Shown here piece after piece: positions 40,741 to 51,317 of a DNA stretch of 64,000 nt. The first letter of the stretch is position 1. Every line of letters starts with the position of its first letter. Source of the DNA: Flavobacteriales bacterium. GTDB lineage: Bacteria > Bacteroidota > Bacteroidia > Flavobacteriales_F > PHOS-HE28. The position numbers and the translations under genes are program-made. The stretch is taken from positions 61,771 through 125,770 of the forward strand of contig JACJZG010000007.1 in NCBI GenBank assembly GCA_020635715.1, given 5' to 3'. The notes under the pieces were generated by a model. That model was not told the origin of the DNA. It did not search any database and saw only the letters and a list, made by a program, of their open reading frames with translations.

Positions 40741-41759
40741 CAGGCGGTGCTTTCCTCATCCGTAGCGGCCAGTACCTCCTCACCCTTGAAGGCCGTCTTC
40801 TCCGTGTGCGACGCGATGCCCTGCTCATTCAACCACCGGCTGAATAGGTCGGTGTACCCATGTGTAGTGATCACGCGCTCGGCGCCCGAGGCGCGCACCG
40901 CGGCGTTCAGCCCGGGCCAGTCGGCATGGTCGCTCAGGGCGAAGCCGCGGTCCACGGCGCTGCGCCTGCGCCATCCGCGCACCTGCATCCAGCCGCTGGC
41001 GATGCCCGAGCTGTAGGGCCGAAGCTTGTTGGCCCACGGCGTGTCCACCGCGCTGCCCGGCGCGATCACGAGCGCGCCTTTGATCAAGGCGGGGTCCGTC
41101 TCCCGTGTCAAAGGGATGGTCTCGGGCAGTTCGATCCCTGCCTCCCGGATCGCGGCATTGCAGCCTTCCACGGCACCGTGGGTGAGGATGGGGCCGATGC
41201 TGGTGTCCACGTTGGCCATGATGCGCTGGGCCTTGCCCAGGGAATAAGCGGAGAGGACCGTGCATATGCCTTCGCTCGCATTGGCCCGCCACCATGCGTT
41301 GATCTCCTCGAAGATGACCGCCTGCGGCTGCCAGATATACACCGGCACCCCGAAGGTGCATTCGGTGATGAAGGTGTTGCACCGCACCGCTTCGAAGGGT
41401 GGTGTGAGGCCATCGTTCTCCACTTTGTAGTCCCCGCTCGCCACCCACACCTCGCCGCGATGCTCCACGCGCACCTGGGCCGAGCCGATGACATGCCCCG
41501 CCGGGTGCAGGCTGAAGGTGACGCCGTTGATCACGCGCCGCTCGCCGTACGGAATGCCTTCCACCGCGATGCCGGAACCCAATCGGTGACGAAGCAGCGG
41601 CGCGCTGTGCTCGTGACAGAGGTAGCTGCCCATGCCCGGCCGCGCGTGATCGCTGTGCGCGTGCGTGATGATGGCGCGCTGCACAGGACGCCAGGGGTCG
41701 ATGTACACATCGGCCGCCGCGCAATGCATGCCTCGGTCGGTGAAGGTGATCAATGGCAT
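40740..41759 (-). CDS. ligase-associated DNA damage response exonuclease (MBL / beta-CASP fold)
   Basis: AIITHAHSDHARPG (HxHxDH), conserved MPLITFTDRG N-terminus of this family; start chosen at MPLITF (MDM three codons upstream also possible). Confidence 0.8.
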   Translation of the reverse strand: MPLITFTDRGMHCAAADVYIDPWRPVQRAIITHAHSDHARPGMGSYLCHEHSAPLLRHRLGSGIAVEGIPYGERRVINGVTFSLHPAGHVIGSAQVRVEHRGEVWVASGDYKVENDGLTPPFEAVRCNTFITECTFGVPVYIWQPQAVIFEEINAWWRANASEGICTVLSAYSLGKAQRIMANVDTSIGPILTHGAVEGCNAAIREAGIELPETIPLTRETDPALIKGALVIAPGSAVDTPWANKLRPYSSGIASGWMQVRGWRRRSAVDRGFALSDHADWPGLNAAVRASGAERVITTHGYTDLFSRWLNEQGIASHTEKTAFKGEEVLAATDEESTA

Positions 41760-42139
41760 GTCCATGCAACAACTCAGGGAGAACGAAGTTCGTGCCGCTT
41801 GCACTGAGCACCCCAGTCGACCTCCGGAACGGCGTCGTGGGGTGGGGCTTCCACGATCGAGATGAAGCTGATGCCCAAGGCCATTCTACTTCGACCCGCT
41901 GCGCCACCTCGGATGGTATCCAAGGAGGCAGGCTCATTGCGCCGGTTCGACCCTATTGCACCTCGGTTGGGCACTTGGACGGAAGATACCTACCGGACCG
42001 GGTTGGTGGCATCGGTCGCCACTACCGCCGTGGCAGCAGCCTTGGGCAATGCGCAGAACAGTTCGGCGGTCTCGGACATCAACCGCGTCAGCCACCTCCT
42101 TAAGGGCTAAAAGGAAGCGGGAACCCCCACCTTTGCATC

Positions 42140-43048
42140 ATGAAGGCCTTTTCCCTCGACGCGTTCTACGAGCAAGTGATGCCACCCAGCAGCGCCAGCG
42201 CCAACGACGCCGACCTGCCGCAGTTCCAGGTGTACAGCGCGGCGGAGCTGGCGGCGGCCAAGCAGGACAAGCCACCGATGACCTACAACCGCAGGGCCTA
42301 TTACAAGGTGAGCCTGATCGAGGGCCGCAACCGCGTGGAGTACGCCGACAAGGTGATCGACGTGGAGGACCGTGCCTTGCTCTTCGCCACGCCGAAAGTG
42401 CCCTACCGCTACACGCAGCAGGGCGGCACGCAGGCGGGGCACTTCTGCATCTTCACCCACGAGTTTCTCTTCCAGAACGGACGCGGCATCACCCCGGATA
42501 GCCTGCCCTTCCTTCAACCCGGCGCCTTCCCCGTGCTGCAGGTATCAGCGGAGGAAGCGGCAGAGGTGCGCGCCATTTTTGAGAAGATGCACCGCGAGCA
42601 GGGCTCGGACTATGCCTACAAGGAGGATCTGCTGCGCAACCACGTGATGGAGCTGGTCCATTGGGGGCAGAAGCTGCATCCGGTGGCGGCCACGCCGGTG
42701 GTGCACAGCGCCGCCGACCGCGTGACCACGCTCTTCCACGAGCTGCTCGACCGCCAGTTCCCCATCGAGGATCGCCACCAGCCGCTGGCCCTGCGCACGC
42801 CGGCCGAGTACGCCGCCCGCCTGGCCATCCAGGTGAACCACTTGAACAAGGTGCTGAACGAGACGACAGGCCGCAGCACCAGCGAACTCATCAGTGCGCG
42901 CGTGTTGCAGGAGGCGCGCATCCTGCTGAAGCGTAGCGATTGGAACATCTCGGAGATCGCGCATGCGCTCGGCTTCCAGGAGGTCTCGCACTTCAGCAAC
43001 TTTTTCAAGAAGCACACGTCCGTTTCTCCCTCGGCCTACCGCGCCTGA
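42140..43048 (+). CDS. AraC family transcriptional regulator
   Basis: C-terminal double HTH (…SEIAHALGFQEVSHFSNFFKKHTSVSPSAYRA). Confidence 0.75.
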   Translation: MKAFSLDAFYEQVMPPSSASANDADLPQFQVYSAAELAAAKQDKPPMTYNRRAYYKVSLIEGRNRVEYADKVIDVEDRALLFATPKVPYRYTQQGGTQAGHFCIFTHEFLFQNGRGITPDSLPFLQPGAFPVLQVSAEEAAEVRAIFEKMHREQGSDYAYKEDLLRNHVMELVHWGQKLHPVAATPVVHSAADRVTTLFHELLDRQFPIEDRHQPLALRTPAEYAARLAIQVNHLNKVLNETTGRSTSELISARVLQEARILLKRSDWNISEIAHALGFQEVSHFSNFFKKHTSVSPSAYRA

Positions 43049-43229
43049 GGGTCCTGTGCGGTCCGTGCAACGAACGGATCGATTCACGCAAGCCGCTGCC
43101 GCAAGGCTCCCGGTACGTTCGCAGCCGCTAACAGGGCACTGCGCCGAACGCGCGTCTCCTGTGGCAGTCGCGGGAAGGTCCCGCAGCGGCAACCGGACCG
43201 GCCGATCACGGTCCAATGAACACGTGATC

Positions 43230-43985
43230 ATGAAACTCACTGGCAATACCATTCTCATCACCGGCGGTACCAGCGGCATCGGCCAGGCGCTCGCCGAGCA
43301 ATTCCATCAACGCGGCAATACGGTCATCATCGCCGGTCGGCGGCAGGCCGAGCTGGACCGCATCACAGCCGCGCACCCGGGCATGCAGGGCATCCAGGTG
43401 GACCTGACCGATGCCGAGGCCATCAACGCCTTCGCCGCGCGCATCCGCAACGAGTTCCCCGCATTGAATGCGCTGGTGAACAATGCCGGCATCATGGTGG
43501 CGGAGGACCATGTGAACGGCAGCGATGCCATGGCCATCGCCGAGCGCACCATCCAGACCAACATCACGAGCGTGCTGCAGCTCACCGCCTCGCTGCTGCC
43601 CAGCTTGATGAAGCAGCCCGCCGCCACCCTCATGGCCACCACCAGCGGCCTGGCCTTCGTGCCGCGTGCGCAATACCCGTCCTATTGCGGCAGCAAGGCC
43701 TTCCTGCACTCCTGGCTGCAGAGCCTGCGCCAGCAACTGCGCGGCACCAGCGTGCAGGTGCTCGAACTCGCCCCGCCCTATGTGCAGACCGAGCTCACCG
43801 GCGCGCATCAGGCCACCGACCCGCATGCCATGCCCTTGGCCGACTACATCGCCGAGGTGATGCAATTGCTCGCCGTGCCGGAGCCGCCGAACGGCGAGGT
43901 GCTGGTGGAACGTGTGAAGCTGCTGCGCGATGCCGAGCGGAAGGGAGAATACGAAAAGGTGTTCGGTTTCCTGAATGCGGATTGA
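43230..43985 (+). CDS. SDR family oxidoreductase
   Basis: TGGTSGIGQALA Rossmann, NNAG, YxxxK (YCGSK) catalytic motif; internal start MKLTGNTILI. Confidence 0.8.
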   Translation: MKLTGNTILITGGTSGIGQALAEQFHQRGNTVIIAGRRQAELDRITAAHPGMQGIQVDLTDAEAINAFAARIRNEFPALNALVNNAGIMVAEDHVNGSDAMAIAERTIQTNITSVLQLTASLLPSLMKQPAATLMATTSGLAFVPRAQYPSYCGSKAFLHSWLQSLRQQLRGTSVQVLELAPPYVQTELTGAHQATDPHAMPLADYIAEVMQLLAVPEPPNGEVLVERVKLLRDAERKGEYEKVFGFLNAD

Positions 43986-44092
43986 GCAGGAGTTATCGGT
44001 TGCGACGGGATAGCTGAGGGAAGCTCGTACGGCGCTTTACGCCGTCGGCCGATCAAGCGCAATTCCGAACAAGCGCTAGGTTCGCTGGCAGC

Positions 44093-44731
44093 ATGTACGA
44101 CCTCCCCCACCACAAGGCGCTCGACGAGCAGGACACCAAGGACCTCATCGCGCGCTATCCCTTCGCCTTCTTCACCGGCTGCGATGCGCAGAACAGGCCC
44201 GTTGCCACGCAGATCCCCGTTTTCATCGAGGAGCACGAGGGCCGGCGGATCCTGCGCGGGCACATCATGAAGCACACGGACCACCACAAGGCCTTCCTGC
44301 ACAACCCGAACGTGCTGGTGGTCTTCACCGGCCATCATAGCTACGTGAGCGGCACCTGGTACAGCAACCCACACACCCCCAGCACCTGGAATTACATGAG
44401 CGTTCACGTCCGCGGCGTTGTACGCTTCCTGGACGATGCCGCGCTGGCGGATGCGCTGCGCACCATCACCCTGCATTTCGAGCACAACGATCCCCGCTCC
44501 ACAACCGTCTACGACAACATCCCCCCGGAATTCCTGCAACGCGTCATGGGCGCTATCGTAGCTTTTGAAGTGGAAGTGCAGGAGATCAAGACCGTCTTTA
44601 AGCTGAGCCAGGACCGCGACCAGAAGAGCTACCGCAACATCATGGCCAAGCTGAAGGAGCAAGGCGAGAGCGGGCAGGTGATCGCGGCTGAGATGGCGAA
44701 GCGGGAGAAGAACGTGTTCCCGGAGGCTTAG
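44093..44731 (+). CDS. FMN-binding negative transcriptional regulator, PaiB family
   Basis: 212 aa; PaiB-like conserved N-terminus (…RYPFAFF…) and split-barrel pattern. Confidence 0.7.
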   Translation: MYDLPHHKALDEQDTKDLIARYPFAFFTGCDAQNRPVATQIPVFIEEHEGRRILRGHIMKHTDHHKAFLHNPNVLVVFTGHHSYVSGTWYSNPHTPSTWNYMSVHVRGVVRFLDDAALADALRTITLHFEHNDPRSTTVYDNIPPEFLQRVMGAIVAFEVEVQEIKTVFKLSQDRDQKSYRNIMAKLKEQGESGQVIAAEMAKREKNVFPEA

Positions 44732-44764
44732 GTCGGTTCAGCGGCACCGCTGCCCGTTTGGTCG

Positions 44765-45160
44765 CTACGCCCCTGCTCCTGGGATGTCCTCCACCAGCAC
44801 CGCGTTCCCCGCTTTGTCGAAGTAGGTGCAGGTCATCGCGCGGGTATCCACCACCCAGCGCTCGACACCGGCCGCGCGCGTGTCGCTGCAGAACGTCGCA
44901 TAGTCCGAGCCGCCTTGCTGATGGTGCTTGAGGCGGGCCATGAAATGGTCGAGGTCCAAGCGGTCGGCGATGGGCTGCACCGCATGGCCGGGCGGCGAGC
45001 TGAGGCGCTGGTCCGCACCCTCGTAGTCGGTATGGCCATCGGTGAGCCAGGTGGTGTAACGGTGCACGCCCAGCTGGATGAAAGTCTGGATGAGGGCGGG
45101 GAAATCGGCGCCGCTCTTCACGCGGCTGCGCGCTTCGGCGAGTTGCTCAAGGGTGAACAT
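44765..45160 (-). CDS. DUF1398 family protein
   Basis: 131 aa; conserved N-terminus MFTLEQ…A….VKSGADFPALIQ…LGV..Y. Confidence 0.6.
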   Translation of the reverse strand: MFTLEQLAEARSRVKSGADFPALIQTFIQLGVHRYTTWLTDGHTDYEGADQRLSSPPGHAVQPIADRLDLDHFMARLKHHQQGGSDYATFCSDTRAAGVERWVVDTRAMTCTYFDKAGNAVLVEDIPGAGA

Positions 45161-45313
45161 GGTCGTTTCGTGCTGGGCAGCAAAGCAAGGTCAGCACCCT
45201 GGCTTCCGCCTTGAAAAAATGCGGCTACTCCGTTGGCAGATGTCGACCGAAAGCCGACCCGTTCGTTCTTCCACCTTTTCCTTGGATGAAAAGGTGGAAG
45301 GACATTATCCAGC

Positions 45314-45541
45314 TCATTGTCGGCGTTGGGAGCCACGAGCGTAGAGCGAATTAATCCCCCGGAGGTCCGAAGCAGCGTTGCGGTGCATCACCGCTGAACG
45401 CCGGAACTGTTTCATGAAATGCGCCTGATCGTAGTGGCCCGCGTCCAACGCGTTACCGTGCAAGGCCATACCGCTCACATGCGCGTTGAGCAGCTGCCGC
45501 ATGCACACGATGCCTGCGTACCGCTTAGCCGTTACAGTCAC
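45314..45541 (-). pseudogene. remnant of an AraC-family regulator (C-terminal HTH only)
   Basis: 75-aa ORF carrying only the second AraC HTH (…LDAGHYDQAHFMKQFRR…); no upstream in-frame N-terminal domain. Confidence 0.35.
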
Positions 45542-45858
45542 CGCCTTGCGGAAACGCCGCTCTCAGGGACTGCAGATAGCGTGCTCCGCGAGTTGCTCGA
45601 TGCCAAAGCCGCCCCTGCCCGTGGATGAGCGCCAATGCATCCACCATTAGCGCATCGCGCTCATCGGCGGTGCCGTCATCGCGCCGTGCGCCTGCTGCCC
45701 AAACTGTTGCCCCACTTCCCCAAGCCGCTTCTCCTTGTTCGTGCAGCATCGTCCATCTCACCAAGCGCACCGGGGGCTTCGCGTGCATCAGACCCGGCTG
45801 GTGCGTGATCTGCGGCCAAGGGCTTGTCGCCGAAGAAGGCGATATCAAAAACCATTGA

Positions 45859-46422
45859 ATGATGAACGAATTGAAAGGAAAGAAGGTGGCCATCCTCGCC
45901 ACCGACGGATACGAGGACAGTGAACTGCGCGCGCCCAAGGAAGCGCTCGAGACGGCCGGCGCCCACGCCGTGGTGGTCTCCCTGGTCAGTGGCGAGATCC
46001 GCGGCTGGAAGGATAAGGACTGGCACCACAGCACACCGGTGGATGTCGTCGTGAAGGAGACCAGTGCCAACGATTACGACGCGCTGGTGCTACCCGGCGG
46101 GGTCATCAACCCCGACCTGCTGCGGCGCGATGCCGATGCGGTCCGCTTCGTGAAGGACTTCTTCGCGCAGAAGAAGCCGGTGGCCGCCATCTGCCATGGA
46201 CCCTGGATGCTCGTGGAGGCCGATGTGCTCAAGGGCCGCAAGGTGACCAGCTTCAAGAGCATCCGGAAGGATGTGGAGAACGCCGGCGCGCAATGGGTCG
46301 ATGAGGAAGTGGTGGTGGACGAAGGGCTGGTGACCAGCCGCAGCCCCAAGGACCTGCCGGCCTTCACCAATAAGCTCATCGAAGAGGTGCGGGAAGGCAA
46401 GCACGCGGAACAGCACGTCTGA
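45859..46422 (+). CDS. DJ-1/PfpI family protein (type 1 glutamine amidotransferase-like intracellular protease)
   Basis: nucleophile elbow AICHGPW, LPGG motif. Confidence 0.8.
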   Translation: MMNELKGKKVAILATDGYEDSELRAPKEALETAGAHAVVVSLVSGEIRGWKDKDWHHSTPVDVVVKETSANDYDALVLPGGVINPDLLRRDADAVRFVKDFFAQKKPVAAICHGPWMLVEADVLKGRKVTSFKSIRKDVENAGAQWVDEEVVVDEGLVTSRSPKDLPAFTNKLIEEVREGKHAEQHV

Positions 46423-46650
46423 TCAGGCTGTCGCCTGGCATCACGCGCATCGAGCTGCCAGCAACCCACCAGCACCCCACCATTATTATGCAGGGCCGTG
46501 CGCCGTGCTCGCAACGCCATCTGCAGACCTCCGCAGGGTCTCCCGAGGAACGAGGGGACCCTGCGGCCTCGTAGCCGCAACCTCCATATCCATCGCAGCT
46601 CGTTGCCCCATGGACATCAAGATACAGTTCGTGTGCAAGACAAGCGCACC

Positions 46651-47235
46651 CTACCACCGCAGCACCTCACCCTCCGGGGCCTCGGCCAGGGCAATGACAT
46701 ACACCTCCCGCGACGCTTCCCTCACCTCCAGGAGTGCGGCCACCCACTTCGCGCCCTCAGCGCCGGGTACTCGCAGCACCACCACCGGCCGCTCAGGGTC
46801 CAAGGACGGCTGGTTGGGCTCCCCGATCGCCGTACCATAAGGCCACGCGATCACCTGCACCTCGGTATCGGTCCATTGGTAGCGTGAGGGCATGAGGTCG
46901 TTCTCGCGACCCAGGACCGGCAGGGTGTCGTGCCGTGCGAATCGCGTGGGTTCGCCGGGTCCCGAGCCGTCCACCACGCGCAGGAAGGTCGTGCCGTTCA
47001 CCCCACGGAGCGCACGACCGCACCATCCATAGCTGCTTGGCACATCATCCGTGCCCACCTCCGTGCCCACGAGTTCGAGATCGAACACCCCGTCGCTGCT
47101 CAGGTCGTATGAGGTGTTGGGCGGCATGCCGCAGGGTGGGTTGAACGGAAAGGGGATAGGGCCCGGCTGGGCCATCACCCTTGCGCCGACCAGGCAGGAG
47201 AATAAAACGACTACGTGCTTGATCTGCAGATTCAT
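46651..47235 (-). CDS. hypothetical secreted protein
   Basis: start at MNLQIKHVVVLFSCLVGARVMAQ signal peptide. Confidence 0.38.
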   Translation of the reverse strand: MNLQIKHVVVLFSCLVGARVMAQPGPIPFPFNPPCGMPPNTSYDLSSDGVFDLELVGTEVGTDDVPSSYGWCGRALRGVNGTTFLRVVDGSGPGEPTRFARHDTLPVLGRENDLMPSRYQWTDTEVQVIAWPYGTAIGEPNQPSLDPERPVVVLRVPGAEGAKWVAALLEVREASREVYVIALAEAPEGEVLRW

Positions 47236-47462
47236 GCTGGGCGGTACACGCTGGTGGTCGTTGGGTTCATCGTGGTGCACAAGCCCGGTGCTGCGTTGAG
47301 GGGTACGGGTTCGTCAACGCAGCGTGCCAAAGCCGCCTTACTCGCAATGTTCCTGAGGATCTCTGGCACCATGCGCGGAGGCCCGGTGATCGCGCATCCG
47401 CAGCCGCGAGGGTAGCAACACGGTGCGCCTTGGCACCATGCACTTCAACGGACGTCCTCCCA

Positions 47463-49087
47463 CTACTCGATCCGCCTGCCCTCAGCAGGTCCGCCTTGCG
47501 TGAAGGTGAGCCGTTGCAAGCTGCCATCCGCTTCGGGATGGAATTCGATCGTGGCATCCACCACTTTTAGGAAGAACTTGTGGGGTGCTTCGCCGAACAC
47601 CTCCACCTCCGCCTGGCGCGGCGGCTGGAGGAAGAAGCGATCGCCCTCGGCGCGGAAGCTCAGGATGAAGTCCGGCATCAGCTCGTACTTGCCGACGTAG
47701 GCCTGCAATGTGGCGTTGTCGAGCGGGATGGCCACATGGGCGGCGGGCAGGGGCTTGCTGCTGCGCACGAGCAGCTCATCGCGTCCCCGCGTCAGGAAGC
47801 GGGCGCCGCTCACCCGGCCGTTGGTGCGGTGGAAGGTGAGCGTGGTCACATCCCCGGCAAAGAGGAAACGGTCGTCGCCGAGGTAGTGCAGGTCCATCTT
47901 GCGGGAGCCCTGGCGCTGGGAGTGCAGGCCGCCCGCATCGGCGGTGATGTAGCGTTCCACGCTGTCGGCGGACACGTATACGCCGGTGTATTCCGCAGCG
48001 GCCTCGGCGGAGAGCGGCAGCACCGTACCACCGTAGGGCTTGCCCAAGGCGATGGCAGCGAGCTTCGGGGCCAGGTAGCTCGCATCGCTGCTCTCGCGGT
48101 TCACCAGCACCGCCACGTAGATGTCCTCCTCGGGCAGGTAGAGGCTGTTGCTCACGAAGCCGTCTATGCCGCCGCTGTGCTCGATCGTGCGGCTGCCCTG
48201 CACGTTCTGGAATCCCCAGCCGTAGCCATACTCCTCCGTGCTTCCATCCGGGAAGCGCTGGCCTACATGGGCCTTGGCCAGCATGGCCGCGGATACCTGC
48301 TTGCCCGCGAACACGCTCGTGTTCCACTTCCAGAGGTCGCGCACCGTGCTGCGGATGCATCCGGCCGCACGGGGCCAGGTGAGGCTAATGGGCGGTGCAG
48401 GCTCCCATCCACTTTCGCTACGGGTGTAGCCGATGGCTTCCGCAGGTAGGGCGGGACCCGTGATGGCCGCGCTGCTCTGCGTCATGCCGGCCGGCTTGAA
48501 CAGGTACTCTCCGCATACGCCGTCCAGGACAGGCCGGATGCGCGTTCGACGATCGCGGTGAGCAGCAGGTAGCCACTGTTGCTGTAGCTGAATCGAGTAC
48601 CCGGTTCGAATTCCAGGTGCAGGTCCGCGAACAGGGCGATGATCTCCGTCAACTCGATGTCCTTCGCATACGCTTCAGGTTGGTAGAGGGGCAGATCGGT
48701 GAAACTGGGAATGCCGGAGCTATGCGTCAACAGGTGCGTGATGGTGATCGGCTTCTCCTTCCGGGGGAAGTCCACGTACTTCTGGATCTCGTCGTCCAGC
48801 TGGAGTTTCCCTTGTTCGGCGAGCTGCATGATGGCCACCGCCGCGAACTGCTTGCTCACACTGCCGATGCGGAACTGGTCCTCCGCCGTGAGCGCTTCAC
48901 CCTTCGCCATGTCGGCCATGCCGATGGCCCCTTCGTACAGCACCGTGCCGCCTTTGCTCACGATAGCCGCGCCCCCGGGCGCATCCGCCGTGAAGTGTTC
49001 CTTCATGGCCGCCTCGAAATCGGCCGGGGTCTGGGCGTGTGTGCTTGCCAGGAGGGCGAGCGCGGAAAGGAGGGAAGGGATGCGCAT
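47463..49087 (-). pseudogene. beta-lactamase-family serine hydrolase with extra C-terminal domain, split by a single frameshift near 48485-48545 (two ORFs 49087-48482 and 48485-47463)
   Basis: upstream ORF has signal peptide, SxxK (SVSKQ) and YSN motifs; downstream ORF continues the family sequence (…EYLFKPAGMTQSS…, HSGG); the two are in different frames with continuous homology across the junction. Confidence 0.7.
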
Positions 49088-49293
49088 GGTGGGTGCTTCT
49101 GAATGCCGAATGTGACGCCTGCGGAAGCCGATGCGTTACAGTTTGGGATGAGCGGTCGCATGACCTGTCGAGCGCGGTGGCGCTAGCGGGGGCTTGGGTG
49201 AGGCAGTGGACCAGTGGTCCGTGGGACTGGTCGCAGGGTCGTCAAAGACTGGAGACCACGGATCGCAGATCCGCGGCAGCGGGGGTACGAGCC

Positions 49294-49653
49294 TCAGCCC
49301 GCCTTGCGGTAGCGCTGGGCCATTTCCATGCTGAGTTCCACCATTTGCTGTGGGGAGAGGGTGCTCATGATGGCCTGAAGGTCCGGTAGCTCGGCATCTG
49401 GCTTTTGGAGGAATGCGAGGTGGTCGGTCCCGGGCAGGACGGTATTGGCATCCGGGGTGTAGGCGAGAAGGTCGTGCGGCTGGCAGTGGAGGATGCGGCA
49501 GAGCTTCTCCAAGTGCCGGAGGCTGACGGTGCGGGGCTTGCCGTTGGTGAGGCGGTAGGCAGTGTGGTGCGTGAAGCCGTTGGCGGTGAGGAAGGCGTAG
49601 GGCTTGGTGATGGCCTTGACCTTCATGACGCGTTGCACATCGAGCGTGATCAT
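49294..49653 (-). CDS. helix-turn-helix (XRE-like) domain transcriptional regulator
   Basis: …VSLRHLEKLCRILHCQPHDLL… HTH pattern; 119 aa. Confidence 0.55.
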   Translation of the reverse strand: MITLDVQRVMKVKAITKPYAFLTANGFTHHTAYRLTNGKPRTVSLRHLEKLCRILHCQPHDLLAYTPDANTVLPGTDHLAFLQKPDAELPDLQAIMSTLSPQQMVELSMEMAQRYRKAG

Positions 49654-50249
49654 GAGCGGGGCTTTGCTGGGTTGATCGGCACCGTTGTACGGGGATCGGA
49701 ATTGAAGTGTTGCGTATTAGACTCGAGCTGTTCTTGGGTTCACTTCATCTCCCCGGCAATGGATCGGGGCATCCACGGATCGTGACCATGCTGATGAGGC
49801 TGGGAGGCCTGGGTACGTGGCTTGTGCTCTTCCTGAGGCGTACCGGAGGTGGTTGATCCGACGTTTGGAGCGGTGCTGAGGCGGATAGAAGCTTCGGTGT
49901 TCCCGAATGCAGGAATAGTGATGCGTTCTGGAATGAGGCGCCCGGCGGAAGGAGGTTCGGGCTCCTGGGTTAGAGGCTTCAGGCGAATGAGGCCAGTGGT
50001 TAAGGGGTTCGAGGTAAAGGGGCGAAGAGGTGTCTTGGCTATTGGAGAACGGACTGATCAGGTGGCTTTGGCCAGGGGTTCAATGGCCAGCGGCTGGGCT
50101 AATGGTGGCCGGAGGCCAAGGGGTTCGTGGCTTGGTGGTCAGCTATGGAAGCGTGACTGGCGCACTTGGCCTATTGATCCACAGGCTGGAGCAGCAAAGG
50201 TTCACTGTCCGCATTGCCGCAGCAGCACACCATCGTGCCTCCAACACAT

Positions 50250-51317
50250 TCACTTCCCCCAGACCTCCACGAGCCGGTCGATATCCGCCGTGCTGTTATA
50301 GAAGTGGATGCCCACCCGGATGCCCTTGCCGCGGAAAGCCACCTTCACGCCGTGCTCCTCCAAGCGCTTCACCTGCGTTTCGTCACCCTGGAGGAGCAGA
50401 ATGCCCGAACGCCGATCGGCATCACGACCATGCAACACGACGATACCCGCTTCATCGAAACGATCGATGGCATGGTCGCACAAGGCGTTCACGTGTGCTG
50501 CGATGCGCTGCGGACCGATGGCGGCGATGCGCTCCAGCGCGTCCTGCAGGCGCACCAGGGACACCGGGTCGCGGTGACCGGCGTTGAGCAGGGCGACCGG
50601 ATCCACGCCGTTACGCTCCTTCAGCTCCGCACGCACGGCTTCGCTGAGGTGGATGAAGCCATTGCCGAAACCGGCCAGGGGCCACTTGTAGCCACTGCCG
50701 CCGACGATGTCGATGCCCGCGGCGCGGAGATCCCAGGGCACGGCGCACCACGACTGCGTGATGTCCACCAAGGACCAGGCGCCGAGCGCCCGGCAGTGGG
50801 CGGCCAGGGCGGGCACATCGATGCGGAAGCCCGATAACCACTGCACCTCGCTGATGGCGACCAATTGCGGCCGTTCGCGTTCCATGGTCTCCCGGACCCT
50901 GTCGAGGGAGATGGTGCCATCCGCTTCCAGCGGCACCACCACGCGCTGGAAGCCCGGCAGGGCGAAGGGTGCATGCAATGTGGGATAGTCCTGCTCGATC
51001 AGGAGCACCTTGGTTCGATGGGCCAGCAAGGGTGCCAGCTGCGCCAGCCCTACGGTGAAACCCTGCACCAGCGCCGTGCCCTCCACGGTGCCGCCGATGC
51101 TCGCCGCCACGGTACGCGCCACCTCCGCGTTTATACCGAAGATCCATTGGAACAGACGCGCGCTGCCCTCGCGCATCAAGCATTGGTGCTCCGCGTGCGC
51201 GGCCTGCACGGTGCTCTCCGCCATCAGCCCCATGGAGGAGGTGTCCAAGTAGCAGCGTTCCTGCAGGGCGGGGTAGGCGGAGCGGAGGGTGGCGTGGTCG
51301 GAGAGGGTGTTGGGCAT
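50250..51317 (-). CDS. aminotransferase class V-fold PLP-dependent enzyme (cysteine-desulfurase-like)
   Basis: 355 aa; fold-type I pattern with GGSGYKW PLP-lysine region. Confidence 0.7.
   Translation of the reverse strand: MPNTLSDHATLRSAYPALQERCYLDTSSMGLMAESTVQAAHAEHQCLMREGSARLFQWIFGINAEVARTVAASIGGTVEGTALVQGFTVGLAQLAPLLAHRTKVLLIEQDYPTLHAPFALPGFQRVVVPLEADGTISLDRVRETMERERPQLVAISEVQWLSGFRIDVPALAAHCRALGAWSLVDITQSWCAVPWDLRAAGIDIVGGSGYKWPLAGFGNGFIHLSEAVRAELKERNGVDPVALLNAGHRDPVSLVRLQDALERIAAIGPQRIAAHVNALCDHAIDRFDEAGIVVLHGRDADRRSGILLLQGDETQVKRLEEHGVKVAFRGKGIRVGIHFYNSTADIDRLVEVWGK

Noticed and set aside
49660-50250. Possible RNase P RNA or tmRNA
   Set aside because: Fragments resembling RNase P (gaggttcgggctcc, ggtaaaggggcgaagaggtg) do not reproduce the near-invariant P4 strands (AGGAAAGUCCGGGCUCC / ACAGAACCCGGCUUA). 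There is also no tmRNA 5' GGGG…GAUUC…GGAUUCGACG or 3' tRNA-like end.
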